Shown here: positions 49,620 to 61,081 of the stretch, piece after piece
How the letters are laid out: every line of letters starts with the position of its first letter
How positions within the stretch are numbered: position 1 is the first letter of the stretch
Source: Lophium mytilinum
Lineage: Eukaryota
Assembly: GCA_010093605.1 (NCBI GenBank)
Contig: MU004194.1
Coordinates: 1,526,323-1,590,322, forward strand
Direction of reading: 5' to 3'
Length of the DNA: 64,000 nucleotides
The notes under the pieces: generated by a model
The model's database searches: none
What the model saw: only the letters and a program-made list of their open reading frames with translations
What the model was told of the DNA's origin: nothing
Translations under genes and position numbers: made by a program

Positions 49620-50058
49620 ATGTCGTCAAGGCGTATGTTATATTCGTAAAGGCAGCATTGCAGGCGTTATGAGAGTCGGCCATCATATATGAGAATGGTG
49701 AGATAGAATCAAGCATTCCCGACTGGAGGCGCTACTCGCACAGCCTTCATCATCCTTGCTCTAACTTATCACACGACATTTGACATTGCTTGTCACTGCT
49801 CGGAAGGTTTCAACGGAATATTAGTATGCTTGGCAAGCTATAAGCCTACTAGCGAGTTCGGACAGGCCGTTGAAGGTTCTTGTGTCCAAGCCGTATGCAA
49901 AAGCTTGAAACGCTTTAATATATCTTCGAAGAGCTGGAGACGATGCACTGGAAGACTTAGGACCTTTTTGAATTGAGCATAACTAAGAATGCCGTACACA
50001 AGCACCCGAGGGACGCTATCTAGCAGATGCGCTCATATCACAACCTAGACTTCGAGAG

Positions 50059-51198
50059 TCATTCCTGCGGATTTAGCACTACCTTTCCCTTGATTTTCCC
50101 TTCAAATACCTCTTTAGTAGCATCCCACAGTGCTCCCAAGCCGCCATCTCTCTTCTCAAACTTTACAGGCTGCACCAGCTTCTCAGTCAATACCTTCGGC
50201 AAGTATTCTCCATACCACCAGTCTCTAAATGCCGCATGCTCTTCCTTTTGACTCACTTGCGAGAATGGTAAGTAAACGCGGGTGACGTTCTCAGGCAACT
50301 CGACATCCCCACCAAGCACCGACGCAAAGGATCCGCCAGCAGGTTGAAGAAGCGCGGCGAGAGCTTTCTGAGAGGCTGGGTCTCCGCTTCCTGTGAAGAG
50401 ATACTTGAATGGTGCATAGGCACGTAATTGCTCGACAACGTCTGGGCTCTTGTAGTCCAAGACTGTGGAGGCGCCCAGAGACTTCTGACGGTCGGTATCG
50501 CGGGCAGAGGCCGTAACGATGACTGTGTGGCCGACCTGGATGGGGTTAGTGGCTGCTGAGGGGGCATGCGCGGGATTGCAAGAACCGGAACACTTACACT
50601 CTTGGAGTATTGAACAGCGTACGACCCCACCGCACCGCCAGCACCCCAAATCAACACCTTCTCATCGGCAAAGCCCGTTCCTGGCTTCCCCATGCCAAGG
50701 AAGTTGTGCAATGCTGCAACGGCAGTCTGCAGCGGGAAGTCGACCAGCACTGCCTGCTCAAACGGAGTATCACCGATCTTTATCGTCGTCAGCAAACTTC
50801 CAGCCTCGGACTCTCGAAGTTTCGCATACCTTCGCCACTGACTTCGCTCCCGCAATCACATACTTCTGCCAACATCCCTGTCGGAGGTTCTTCTGTGGGA
50901 TCCCCGAATACGCCCCCGTGTCTGCTACAACTCGATCGCCGACTTTGAAGCCCTCTACGCCTTCGCCGACAGCCTCAACTATTCCAGCAAGACTGGTGCC
51001 TAGAACTGCGGGAAAGGCTTCCAAGTTCCCTGCGCCAGTGTAGCCGGCGTGGAGGATCTTGGCGTCGAGTGGCTGGATGGCGATGCAATGATTCTTGATC
51101 AACACCTCACCCATCGAAGGAGTAGGCGTAGGCACTGCAGTTACCTCCAGCGGAGTAGAAGGAGCAGGGAGGAGCGCAGCGATATTCTGTTCAGCCAT
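50059..51198 (-). CDS. MDR-family (zinc-independent) enoyl-reductase-like oxidoreductase
   Basis: EVLIKN..AIQPLD, PAVLGTSLAGIVEAVG, FKVGDRV, LIWGAGGAVGSYAVQ and LGASTVLDY. Two introns. Confidence 0.88.
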
Positions 51199-51353
51199 CT
51201 TTGTTGTCTTTACGTCTAGCGAAGAACCTGAAACACGAAGAACGTGAGGTTCGGGATCTTTCCTCTTGTTTGGTCTTAGACGGTTTTGGGCTTGCGGGCG
51301 GTGGGGCGTACGTCTTCAGCAACAGACAAAGCCTCCGGTCGGATAATTCGAGG

Positions 51354-51558
51354 TGTGATATTTCCGACCACGTAATGTAAGAATTTGGAGGACAATAGAT
51401 GTCGATTCTATGTAGGAATCTAGCTAGGCTATATACACGTTGGAGAGGCCCGTGCAGGCCTTAATTACACTAGATCTATGTAGGAAAGCGTTCCTATAGT
51501 AGATCTATATATTACGTGCACAACATCTAAATATTAACCGTATATTAAGAATTCTATA
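51354..51558 (-). repeat. 3' LTR (205 bp)
   Basis: Begins TGTGATATTTCC and ends GAATTCTATA. Colinear with 60877-61081; differences are overwhelmingly C>T/G>A type. Confidence 0.9.
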
Positions 51559-54500
51559 TCCTCCCCTTCTAGATCTAATTTGCCATTAAATTACATTTAT
51601 AATAGCACTTTGCGCTTACTACTTTACGCTGTGCGTTATTAGTATATTAGGCTATTAGCTTCTTTAGAAGCTTTAAAGCTTCCAGGGGTATATAATACTA
51701 TAAAAGGTACATTAGCAGGCAGCAATATTATAGTAATATTACCTAAGAGGGGTTTAGAATTCTTTAGAGGTCTGCTACTATATTAGTAGGGGATAGTAGA
51801 GGCATTAGAATATTTAATAGCTTAATAGTAAGAAAGAATTAGAAGAGATTATAAAGTGTTTATAATAGAGGGAATTATAAGGTAATATAAATATTAGCAT
51901 GCTAGCGCGCATTAGGTTCTAATGCGTAATTAGAGCTATAATAGCTAATAATAGGCTTATTAGAGATCTTATAAAGTCTCTTATAATCTAGTAAGAAGCT
52001 TATAATCTTATATAGGTCTAAGAAGCTATTAGTATATTATAGAGTAGTAAGTAGTAATCTAGAAGTAATAGATTTAAAAATCTAAAGTATATATAAGGCC
52101 TTCTTAATACTCTTATACTCTTCCTTCTATACTTAACTTTCTTCTTTAAGGTTTAAGCTTCTCTTAACTTTAAAGGTTTATTAAAGACTCTTATAGCTTC
52201 TCTTCTTATTACTATTATCTTTCTTTATTAATTCTTTTATTAGAACTCTCTCTCTCTTAGCTTCTAGGCTACTTCTTCTTACTCTAAGTTAGCGTTATAA
52301 CGTTACTTAATACCTAGCCGGGTTCTATAGCCTCTAGCTTACTCTATAGAAGAGATAGAGATAATAGAGGCAATAATTCTTTAGACTCTAGCTATAGTTA
52401 TAAGATTCTACGCTTTTATAAATACTTAGGTATTTTAGCTTATAAAGCTTTATAGGCCTATAGTAAGTTTCTAATAATAGTTTAGCTCTTTCTCTTAATA
52501 AAGCTAATAAGATCTAGTTACTATTATACTTATATTAATTATTAACCTTTTAATAGTCTAGAGGTTCTATAATCTATACTATGCATAGCTAATAGCCTTT
52601 AATAACTCTATCCTACTTTCTTAAGCCTTCTAACGCTATACTATAGCTCCTAATTATCTAAACTACGCTAAATACCTTCTAAAGTTTAAAGGTAGTAGTA
52701 GAGCTTAGAGGAATATACTACTTTAAGGGTTTCTTAGTAATATTAGAGATAATAAACTAATTTTAAATAAGAACTATAGCTATACTTTGCGCTTTATAGG
52801 CCTTCTTAAATAGTATTTAAGCTTAAGGGTAGATTATAGTAAGAATTCTAGGGCTTCTTCTACCTTTAAAGCCTGCAACTACTACTTAAGAATATTTTTA
52901 GAAGGCTATTAGTTTAGTAAATATATTTAGGCTTATAATCTAGATAGTTTTTCTCTCTACTAAGAATTCTATATAGAATGTTATTAGCAGAGCAGTAAGG
53001 GGACTTATTTATTCTAAGGTAAGTTTAGCTTTACTTTTAGAGTATCTTAGACTTAGCTAATATCTATTATAGAAGAGTAGACTTTAATAGCTTATTAAAA
53101 GACTACTAGAGCTTACATTTAATAAGGTTGCTATAATATTACTAAGTTTATATCTTCTCTTCGCAACCAAGAATCTATTAAGGACCTAGCTAAAAATATA
53201 GTGCGCTTAGCCTTAGCTATATAGCTGCTAATAGAATTAATTTAAAGAAAGACTGCTATACTACCGCGTAATCTAGGTATTTCTTATACTTCTAAATCTC
53301 TAATAGCTTAATATTACCTATAGGGCTCTAGTAGTACTTCTACTTAGGCTTCTAGTTTAAAATCTAGCTTCTAGTAATTATCCGCAGCTACATTAGGTTT
53401 AGAAAATGCGGCTGCTTTAGGTTCTAGCACTTAAGGTCTAAGGTAATACTCCCTAACCTCTTCTACTTAGCCTTTAACTTCTCTAACTTTTTTAACCTTT
53501 TATTATTCTTCTTTAGGTTCTCTATAGCGCTTTTAAGATTCTACTTTTAATATGCTATTAAGCCGCCGCTTATCCCGGTTATCTATTAGTAATAATAATA
53601 ACTCTACTAAAGAGACCCCTCTAAACTCTACTTAGCGTTAAATAGGCTCTCTAAATGCTATTCTCTAAGAGAATAGAGCTAGTAAGCATAGCTAAAATAT
53701 ATTAACTTAGAGCGCGCCTCTAAAATAGCCTTAGAAGGATAATAATAGCTATTCTAGTAGTAGTAGTAGCTATAGAAGTCCTAGTAGAAGAAGTCCCGGT
53801 AGTAGAATAGCTACCTAGAAGGACTAAGGGCGTGTCGGCTTAGCTATTATTAGTAGAAAAGCGTTAATTTTCCCTTCCCTTCTAGATATAAGAAGGGTTA
53901 AGTTTAATAGAAGTATAAGCTTAGCTTAGTTAATCTCTAATATAGGTTTTTAAATTTATTATCTTTTTAATTCTCTAAAGATAAAATATAGCTAAATAAG
54001 TAATAATAAAGAATTAAATGCTTAAATCTAAATTAATAAAGGAAATCTAGGTAATAAATATATAGAGTTCTTCTAATACTCTATTAGCTTAGGATAGAAG
54101 CGCTATTTAAGCCCTCTTATACTTTCTTCTGCGCAACTCTATATTAAGAGCTTAGATAGGTTATATTATAGGTATATTAAAATTACTATCTAAATCTAAC
54201 TTATAATTACTGCTAGTATTCTTATTATTTTTAACGTCTATTATACTAGTATTACTACTAGAGAAGCTCTCTAATTAAATATTAGAGTTAGTATCCTTAT
54301 CTAAGGACTTATTATTTATGCGCATTTTAGTATCCTTAGCTCTTAAGTTAATCCCTTTATCCTGTAGTTCCGCAGCATTATCGGTTTAAATAATAGTATT
54401 ACCCCTTAGCCGCACGATAATAGTATCCCTATTATACTTATTATTATCTTAGTGCGCAGTATTAGATAATTAGGTAGCAGTATTTATACTCTTAGGTGTC

Positions 54501-57500
54501 CTATTACTATCTTAAGCTATTTCTAATAGTTTCCTATTATTAGTATTTATAGCTAGCACTAATGCATTATTAGGTTATTCTGCGGGTGCTGCGTAATTAC
54601 TAGTTCCCTATAGAATATTAAGCTTATCTTAACTTATCTCCGGCTTATATATATAAACTTCCTAATAGGTATTTATAGTAGTCTTGCCTGCATTTTTATA
54701 TTATATAACTATAAAGCTAGTAACCTATACTAGTATAATAGTTAATTAACCCTTCTTAGGTCCCTTTTTCTTAGTAGCCTATTAGTCTCTCTTAAGAACT
54801 CTTTCTTTAAAATCTCTTAGTATTTAATATAGCTTTAGTTTAGGCAGTTTCTAAGCGTTCTTCTTCTCTTTCTAGAAGAGCTCCGCGCCCTTATGCTGCT
54901 ATTTTAATTAATACTTAATAATCTTCTAATTCTATTCTACTTTAGAAATTATAGTAAACTTAGACTATAGCTTTCTATTAGCGTTGTCTGCATCTAATAT
55001 ATCTGCGATAGCGTTATTACTAGGTTTAACTTCTTCTTAACGTGCAGTACGCTCTTTATTAGTATTATTAAAATCCTCTTAGTTCTAAAGTACTTAGTTA
55101 TCTTCTAATATATTATTAAAATGTTCTAAGCTATATTTAGAGTCTTCTTAGTTCTAAAACTTTATATAAGTATTAATGCGTGCATTCGCTAATCTATTAC
55201 TGTAAATAAGGTTCTTTAATACTTAATTAGTAGGCGTTTAAAGTATATAGGTACTAAGAGAATAAGCGGTAATAATCTTAAATAGACTAAACTATTTTGC
55301 TTTAAATTTCCTCTTAACCTTATTTTAAAGAAGTACCTAGAAACTAATCTTCTATTAAGTAACTAGATACTTCTTAGATAGAGGTTATAGATCCTATAGG
55401 CCTACTATAATTACTTTCTTTAGTAGCCGATCTTCTACTAGTACGCATGCGTATTAAACTTTCCTAATACGGGCTAAATAATACTCTAATTTAGCTTCTT
55501 TATCTATAGTTTTATTAAGAGCCGGTACTAAAGTATTATTAGGTACTTAAGGACGTCTACTATATATAAGGTAGTAGGGAGTATAGCTATAGAAGGTGTT
55601 TTAAGTGCGTATTATATATACTATAGCCGGTAACTAGGTATTCTATATAGCTATATCTTAATTAATTATTAGCTTTATAAGAATATTCTCTAAGACTCTA
55701 TTAAGCCTCTCTACCTTACTATTTACCTAAGGGTAATATAGTATTATAATATTATAGTAAGTCTTAATAAGCTTTTATAGTGCTATAATAACTTTAGAAA
55801 GAAAGTTTAAACTATTATTAGAAGTAAACACCGCTAGGGGTCTATACTAGTAGTAGATTCTTTTATAGATAAATATTACTATAGTCTTAGCTTAAGTATT
55901 AGAAAGTACTGCAGCTTCGGGCCAACCTATAGCGTAATTAATGGTAGTAATAATCTAGCAATTCCTGTAGATTAATTATAGTAATCTACTAATTAAATTA
56001 ATACCCTATTTATTAAATAGATCTTAATCTTTAACCTAATAAAATATTAGTTTATAAATAATCTTTTCCTTCTACACTAGCTAGTATAAGATATACTTGT
56101 AAGCGTATTTATTAGTATTATAACTTATTATCGGCTACTAGCTATATACTTGCAGGGCCTTCTGCATACCGTAGTATATAAAGTGGCCTAGCTAGTAGGT
56201 TCTATTAAGGACCTATTAATAATAGAGAGGTGTAATATATAGTATAGTATTCTTAAGAGTATATAGATCTAGATTACTATTAGGTTTATAAAAGTAATAG
56301 TATAGTTCTTCTTTTAGAATTATAAAGTTCTAATATAGGGATAGATAGATTCTTTAGCAGCAAAGCTAGTGTTATTTTAATTTAGCCTCTAACAGCTATT
56401 TAGAGAGAGTAGGCTTAAGGCCTATTATAAGAAACTTCTTTAAATCTTTAATATACTCTATATTAGAATCTTTATTCTTAAAGAGGGCTATAAGATATTC
56501 TTAGGCAAAATTAGGGCGCCTACTAATTGCGTCCGGTACTATTATAAGGGCTTTTAAGCGATACTATATTATAGGGTTATACTACTAGAAATCCTTAATC
56601 TATTAAGTAAGCCTTAGTAAGGCTTTCTTAGTAGTTTATAGGTATTATAATAAGTAGTAATTAGTTATAATTATTAATTCTTTCTCTTAGATATAGTATT
56701 ACTAAATCCTAAGCGCTTCTTTAATTACTAGAAGTTCTTTTTTATAAACTAGATAATTTAATTTAGCTTTATTAAGCTTCTAACTATTAAACATAATAGG
56801 GTGCTACTTACTATCTTCTTCTTATTAGAGAAGGACTATTCTAATAGTAAAATTAGAAGCATCTATTTTAATCTAAAAGGGCTTTAACTAGTTAATAAGG
56901 GTAAGCACGGGGCGTTTAATAAGCTTTTACTTAAGGGAGTTAAAAGTAAGTTAATAGCTAACGTTCTATATAATAGCTTGGTACTTTTTCTTTTATATTG
57001 CGGTGTTGCTTTCCTTTAGAAGCTTATAGAGAGGTGCTAATATATAGGCGAAGTTTTTAATAAACTTTTAATAGTATATTACTAGTCTAATAAACTATTA
57101 GACCTTATAGATATTAGTAGAAATAGGCTAATACTTAATAGCGTCTAGTTTATTAGTTATTAGTTTTACGGTTCCGTAAGAAACTACCTGGCTATAGAAC
57201 TTAATAGTTTCTTAAGCAATTAAGCACTTATTAGTTTTAGTAAATAGTTATTCCTTTCTAAGAGCTTTAAATAATAATTAGAGGTAGTTAAGATACTCTT
57301 CTAATATTTCTAAAAATACTATAATATTGTCTATATAGATAAGCATAAATTAACATAGATATAGTTATAAGGTATTATTTATAATAGCTTAAAAGGTAGT
57401 AGAAGTATTATAGAGGCTAAAAGGTATAACTAGAAATTTAAATTTCCCTTTAATTGTGTTAAAAGCAGTCTTATAGATATCTAATTAATAAACGCGCAGC

Positions 57501-60500
57501 TAGTAATATCTAGAGGTTAAATTAATCTTAGTAAAGAACCTAGCCTTTCTAAATAACTATAGGCAGTTATTAATATATAGTAGAGGGTAGGTATTCTTCT
57601 AGGTTACTAGATTAAGTGCTCTATAGTTAATATATATTTACTACTTACTATTTAGCTTTAGAATAAAAAAAACTAGAGATCTCTAGGCACTAATAGACTC
57701 TTAGATAAGGCCCTATTCTAGTAGCTTATAGATCTATCGGGTCTATTCTTCTATTTAATAATATAAGAGGTAGTATATAGTATTATTTACCGGCTTTATA
57801 TCTCTAGTATTAATTAGATAGTTGTATCTGCGCTTAGGCGGTAGAATATTAGAGAGAATATTATAGAAATAAGGTTTATACTCTTTAAGAAGCTCTTAAA
57901 ACTTCTCTTATATAGGAGTAGTAATATAATTAATTAGGGGTAATAAATTCTTGTCTTCTAATAGCGGATTAGTGCCGGGTTATAGTACCTAATTTAGCGT
58001 TGGTTTATTAGAAGCTTTTATAATATAAAGATAAGTAGAATTAAGCTTATCTACTAAGAGCCTCTTATACTTCTAATAGAATATTACATTAATAAAACCC
58101 TAGTATTTTAGTTTAGAGAGACTAAGATCTATAATAGGGCTTAATATATTAAGCTAATAAGCTACTAGTTTAATCTTTAGGTTGCAGCTAACCTGCGTTT
58201 GCAAGGTAATAGAATTAGTAAAGAAGTTAATAATAGCTTAGTATTACTGCAGCTAGATTATACTAAGAATATATTAATACCCTTTAAGGTCTAGGATACA
58301 TGCGGTTAGAGTACCTAATAGCGTATAGATCTTAAATAGAATCTCTAAGGCTTTTATACTAATTATAGTTATATCTAAGAGGAGTTTAACTACCTTAGGG
58401 GCTATTATTTTAATATTCTTTAGCTAATATTAAGTATGCTTTAATAATACGTAGATAGAATTAGCGCCATAGTTAATTAAGAAGGTAGTTCTTTTCTAAT
58501 AGTTAGACGGTCCTAAAGTTCCCTTATATTCTAAAAGATATTTACCTAGAGAGTTAAGGTAGTAGATCCTTTCTTCTATTAATTTAATAATAATTTAGTT
58601 AGAAGAATTATTAAAGGGCGGCTAATTCTTTTCTATTATAAGTTTACAAAAAGTAGGAGTCTTATCTTTTAGGTTAGTTAGTTACTTTAAGGCTACTAAC
58701 CCTCCTAGTTTTCTAATAGCTCTTTAGCTAGCTAAGTATAGTTGCGTTTAATATAGCCCTTCTTACTATAATTATAGCACTTATATATATTAGTATTCTA
58801 TTAAGTATTACCTTTACTACGTCCGCTATAGCCTTAACCGCGTTCTTAAGATCTAGTAGTATTTCTACCTTTAAAGGTATTAAGTTTAGCGTTGTCTTTA
58901 GTATCTAGATATTTATATTTATTAGGATTAATATTAGTTTCTTAGAAGTAATTATTGTCTAATTCTTTATTAGCCCTAGAGATAGTATTAAGGCGGCCCT
59001 AATAGTCTCTTATTCTCTTATACTAGGAGATCTAATACTTATTAGTAGTAGCGACCTACGCTATCTATTTATTAAAATTAGAAGGGGCCTACGCTTAGGC
59101 GTTAATATAAAACTTAAGGCTAGGTTTTAAACCTACGCGGGTATATTAATATACTTTAAGATTAGATAGAGCTATATTAAGAGGGTATATATAAGTAGCC
59201 CTAATAAGCTTATTAAAGAACTAATAAGTACTAGTTATCTATACTATTTTATTAAAGCAGCGTTAGCGTTACTCCGGCGTATCCGCGCTTTTATAGCGGC
59301 GGCTAAAGGTAGCAAAGAACTAATCTAATATAGTAAACTTAGTATTACCTTAGTAGTGCTATTAAATATCTTAGTTCTATTAAACGGCCATAGTTCTAGC
59401 TATATAGCTGCCGGCTAGCTAAATCTTTTAAGTTTCTAGCATCTGCTAGTAAACCTATTAATAGGCGTCCGCTTATATAGTAATAAAGTTGCGCATCTAA
59501 ACTATCTAGATAGGGTACGCATTATTATTAACTTTGCCTAACTATATAGCGGGAGTCCTTATAAGAACTTTAGGTAGCGCTATTAGATAAGATTCTCTTA
59601 TAGCTAATATTTTCTTAAAGGCTTATTAGAGCTCTTATATAGTTTATTCTAATATAGGTTTATTATAGTCTAGTATTAGATAATCTAAAAAAGTATTAGA
59701 TAATAGACCCTAGAAGTTAGTAGTACCCTAAGAAGTAGGCTGCTGCTAGGGGTTATTTAATACGTCCTTAACGCGGGTATAGTAATTAGGGACTACTACT
59801 TATAGCTATTCTAGTATAGCAGCCTACTACTATTATATAGAAGGAGCTAATATAGAACTAAAGAGTTCTAGTCCCTAGTAATCTATTATATACTCTATTA
59901 TAGGGGCTTAGAAGCGTTAATAGCTATCTAAAGAAGGCGTAAATAATAGCCTTTAATAGGTAAGCCCTAGATTATAGGCCGGGGTACTACTATAAATAAT
60001 TAGAGGACCTTAAACCTATAGCTTAATAGGTTCTAGGGTAGCGGCCTACTTAGCCTGCAAGGCTAATATTAGATTAGATAGATTATAAAATATAGTACTA
60101 AACTAAGAGAGCCTTTAGAAGAGTCCTTAAAGGTTAAAAGGTAATCTATTAGAATAATAATATCTATTACTAGATATAAAAGAAAGCTAAGAGTTATAGG
60201 ATATCTAAGAATAAGAAAAAGTAGAAAAGAGTTAATAACTGCAATATAATTAAAGTAAAGAGTAAGGAAAGGGTGCTAAGATAGTAATATTAAGTTTCTT
60301 TCTTAAATGCTTTTTAATATCCTGTTAGAGAGGGAGGATTCTTAAAAGGACTTCTCCGCCTTCTTCTTATAATTAACTTATAAGGATTTCTAATTGCTAT
60401 ATAATTATTAGGCTCTATTAAGCTATAATATTATTCTTCTCGCCGTCCTACTATTAATCTTGCTTCGGCAGCTAATAGAATGCGTAGTTAGTTGCGTAGA

Positions 60501-60876
60501 AGTATTAAAAAGGGATAGAAAAATCCTATAGTAATATTCTAGCTAAGGGCTCTTTAGACCTATACTGTTTAATTTTTATAAGAATATTTATAATAGGCGG
60601 TTATACTATAACGCCGGCCTAATGCTAATTAGAGGCTATTATTAATAGTTATTATTAATTACTAATTAGGTTAATTTTTAGAAACTGTTAATATAGCTTA
60701 GTATTATTATAATAATCTAAAAATTCTACTAATTATAGAAGCTAATATCTTCTATTATTACTAAGGGTTAATTATAAGAATATAGCCTTAGCTAGCTCTA
60801 CACTATTAAGTTTAAGGACCTAATAGCCCTCTAAGGAGGCCTCGGAGGCGGCTAGAACTGTAACTAAGCTACTAGA

Positions 60877-61081
60877 TATAATATTTCTAACTATATAATA
60901 TAAGAATTTAGAGAATAATAGATATTAATTCTATATAGAAATCTAGCTAGGCTATATATATATTAGAGAGGCCCGTGCAGGCCTTAATTATACTAGATCT
61001 ATATAGAAAAGCGTTTCTATAGTAGATCTATATATTATATATATAATATCTAAATATTAACCGTATATTAAGAATTCTATA
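60877..61081 (-). repeat. 5' LTR (205 bp)
   Basis: TATAATATTTCT...GAATTCTATA, a more heavily RIP-mutated copy of 51354-51558. Confidence 0.9.

Larger units (their letters stand above)
51354..61081 (-). mobile_element. Full-length Ty3/Gypsy LTR retrotransposon inactivated by RIP
   Basis: 205-bp LTRs, GAGG TSD (51350-51353 and 61082-61085), polypurine tract next to the left LTR. Minus-strand RIP-mutated motifs in gag-PR-RT-IN order: zinc knuckle CYNYSKKGYIKRNY (~58740-58779), protease LINYGA (~58463), RT KTAF (~57461) and YIDN (57326-57337), integrase FNK*GINLI (~56000) and YYP*VNSKVERLN (~55720). Extreme AT/TpA enrichment, no intact ORFs. Confidence 0.93.

Noticed and set aside
51560..60870. 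AT-rich block as a centromere or foreign DNA
   Set aside because: Fully explained by a single RIP-mutated LTR element with matching LTRs and TSD.
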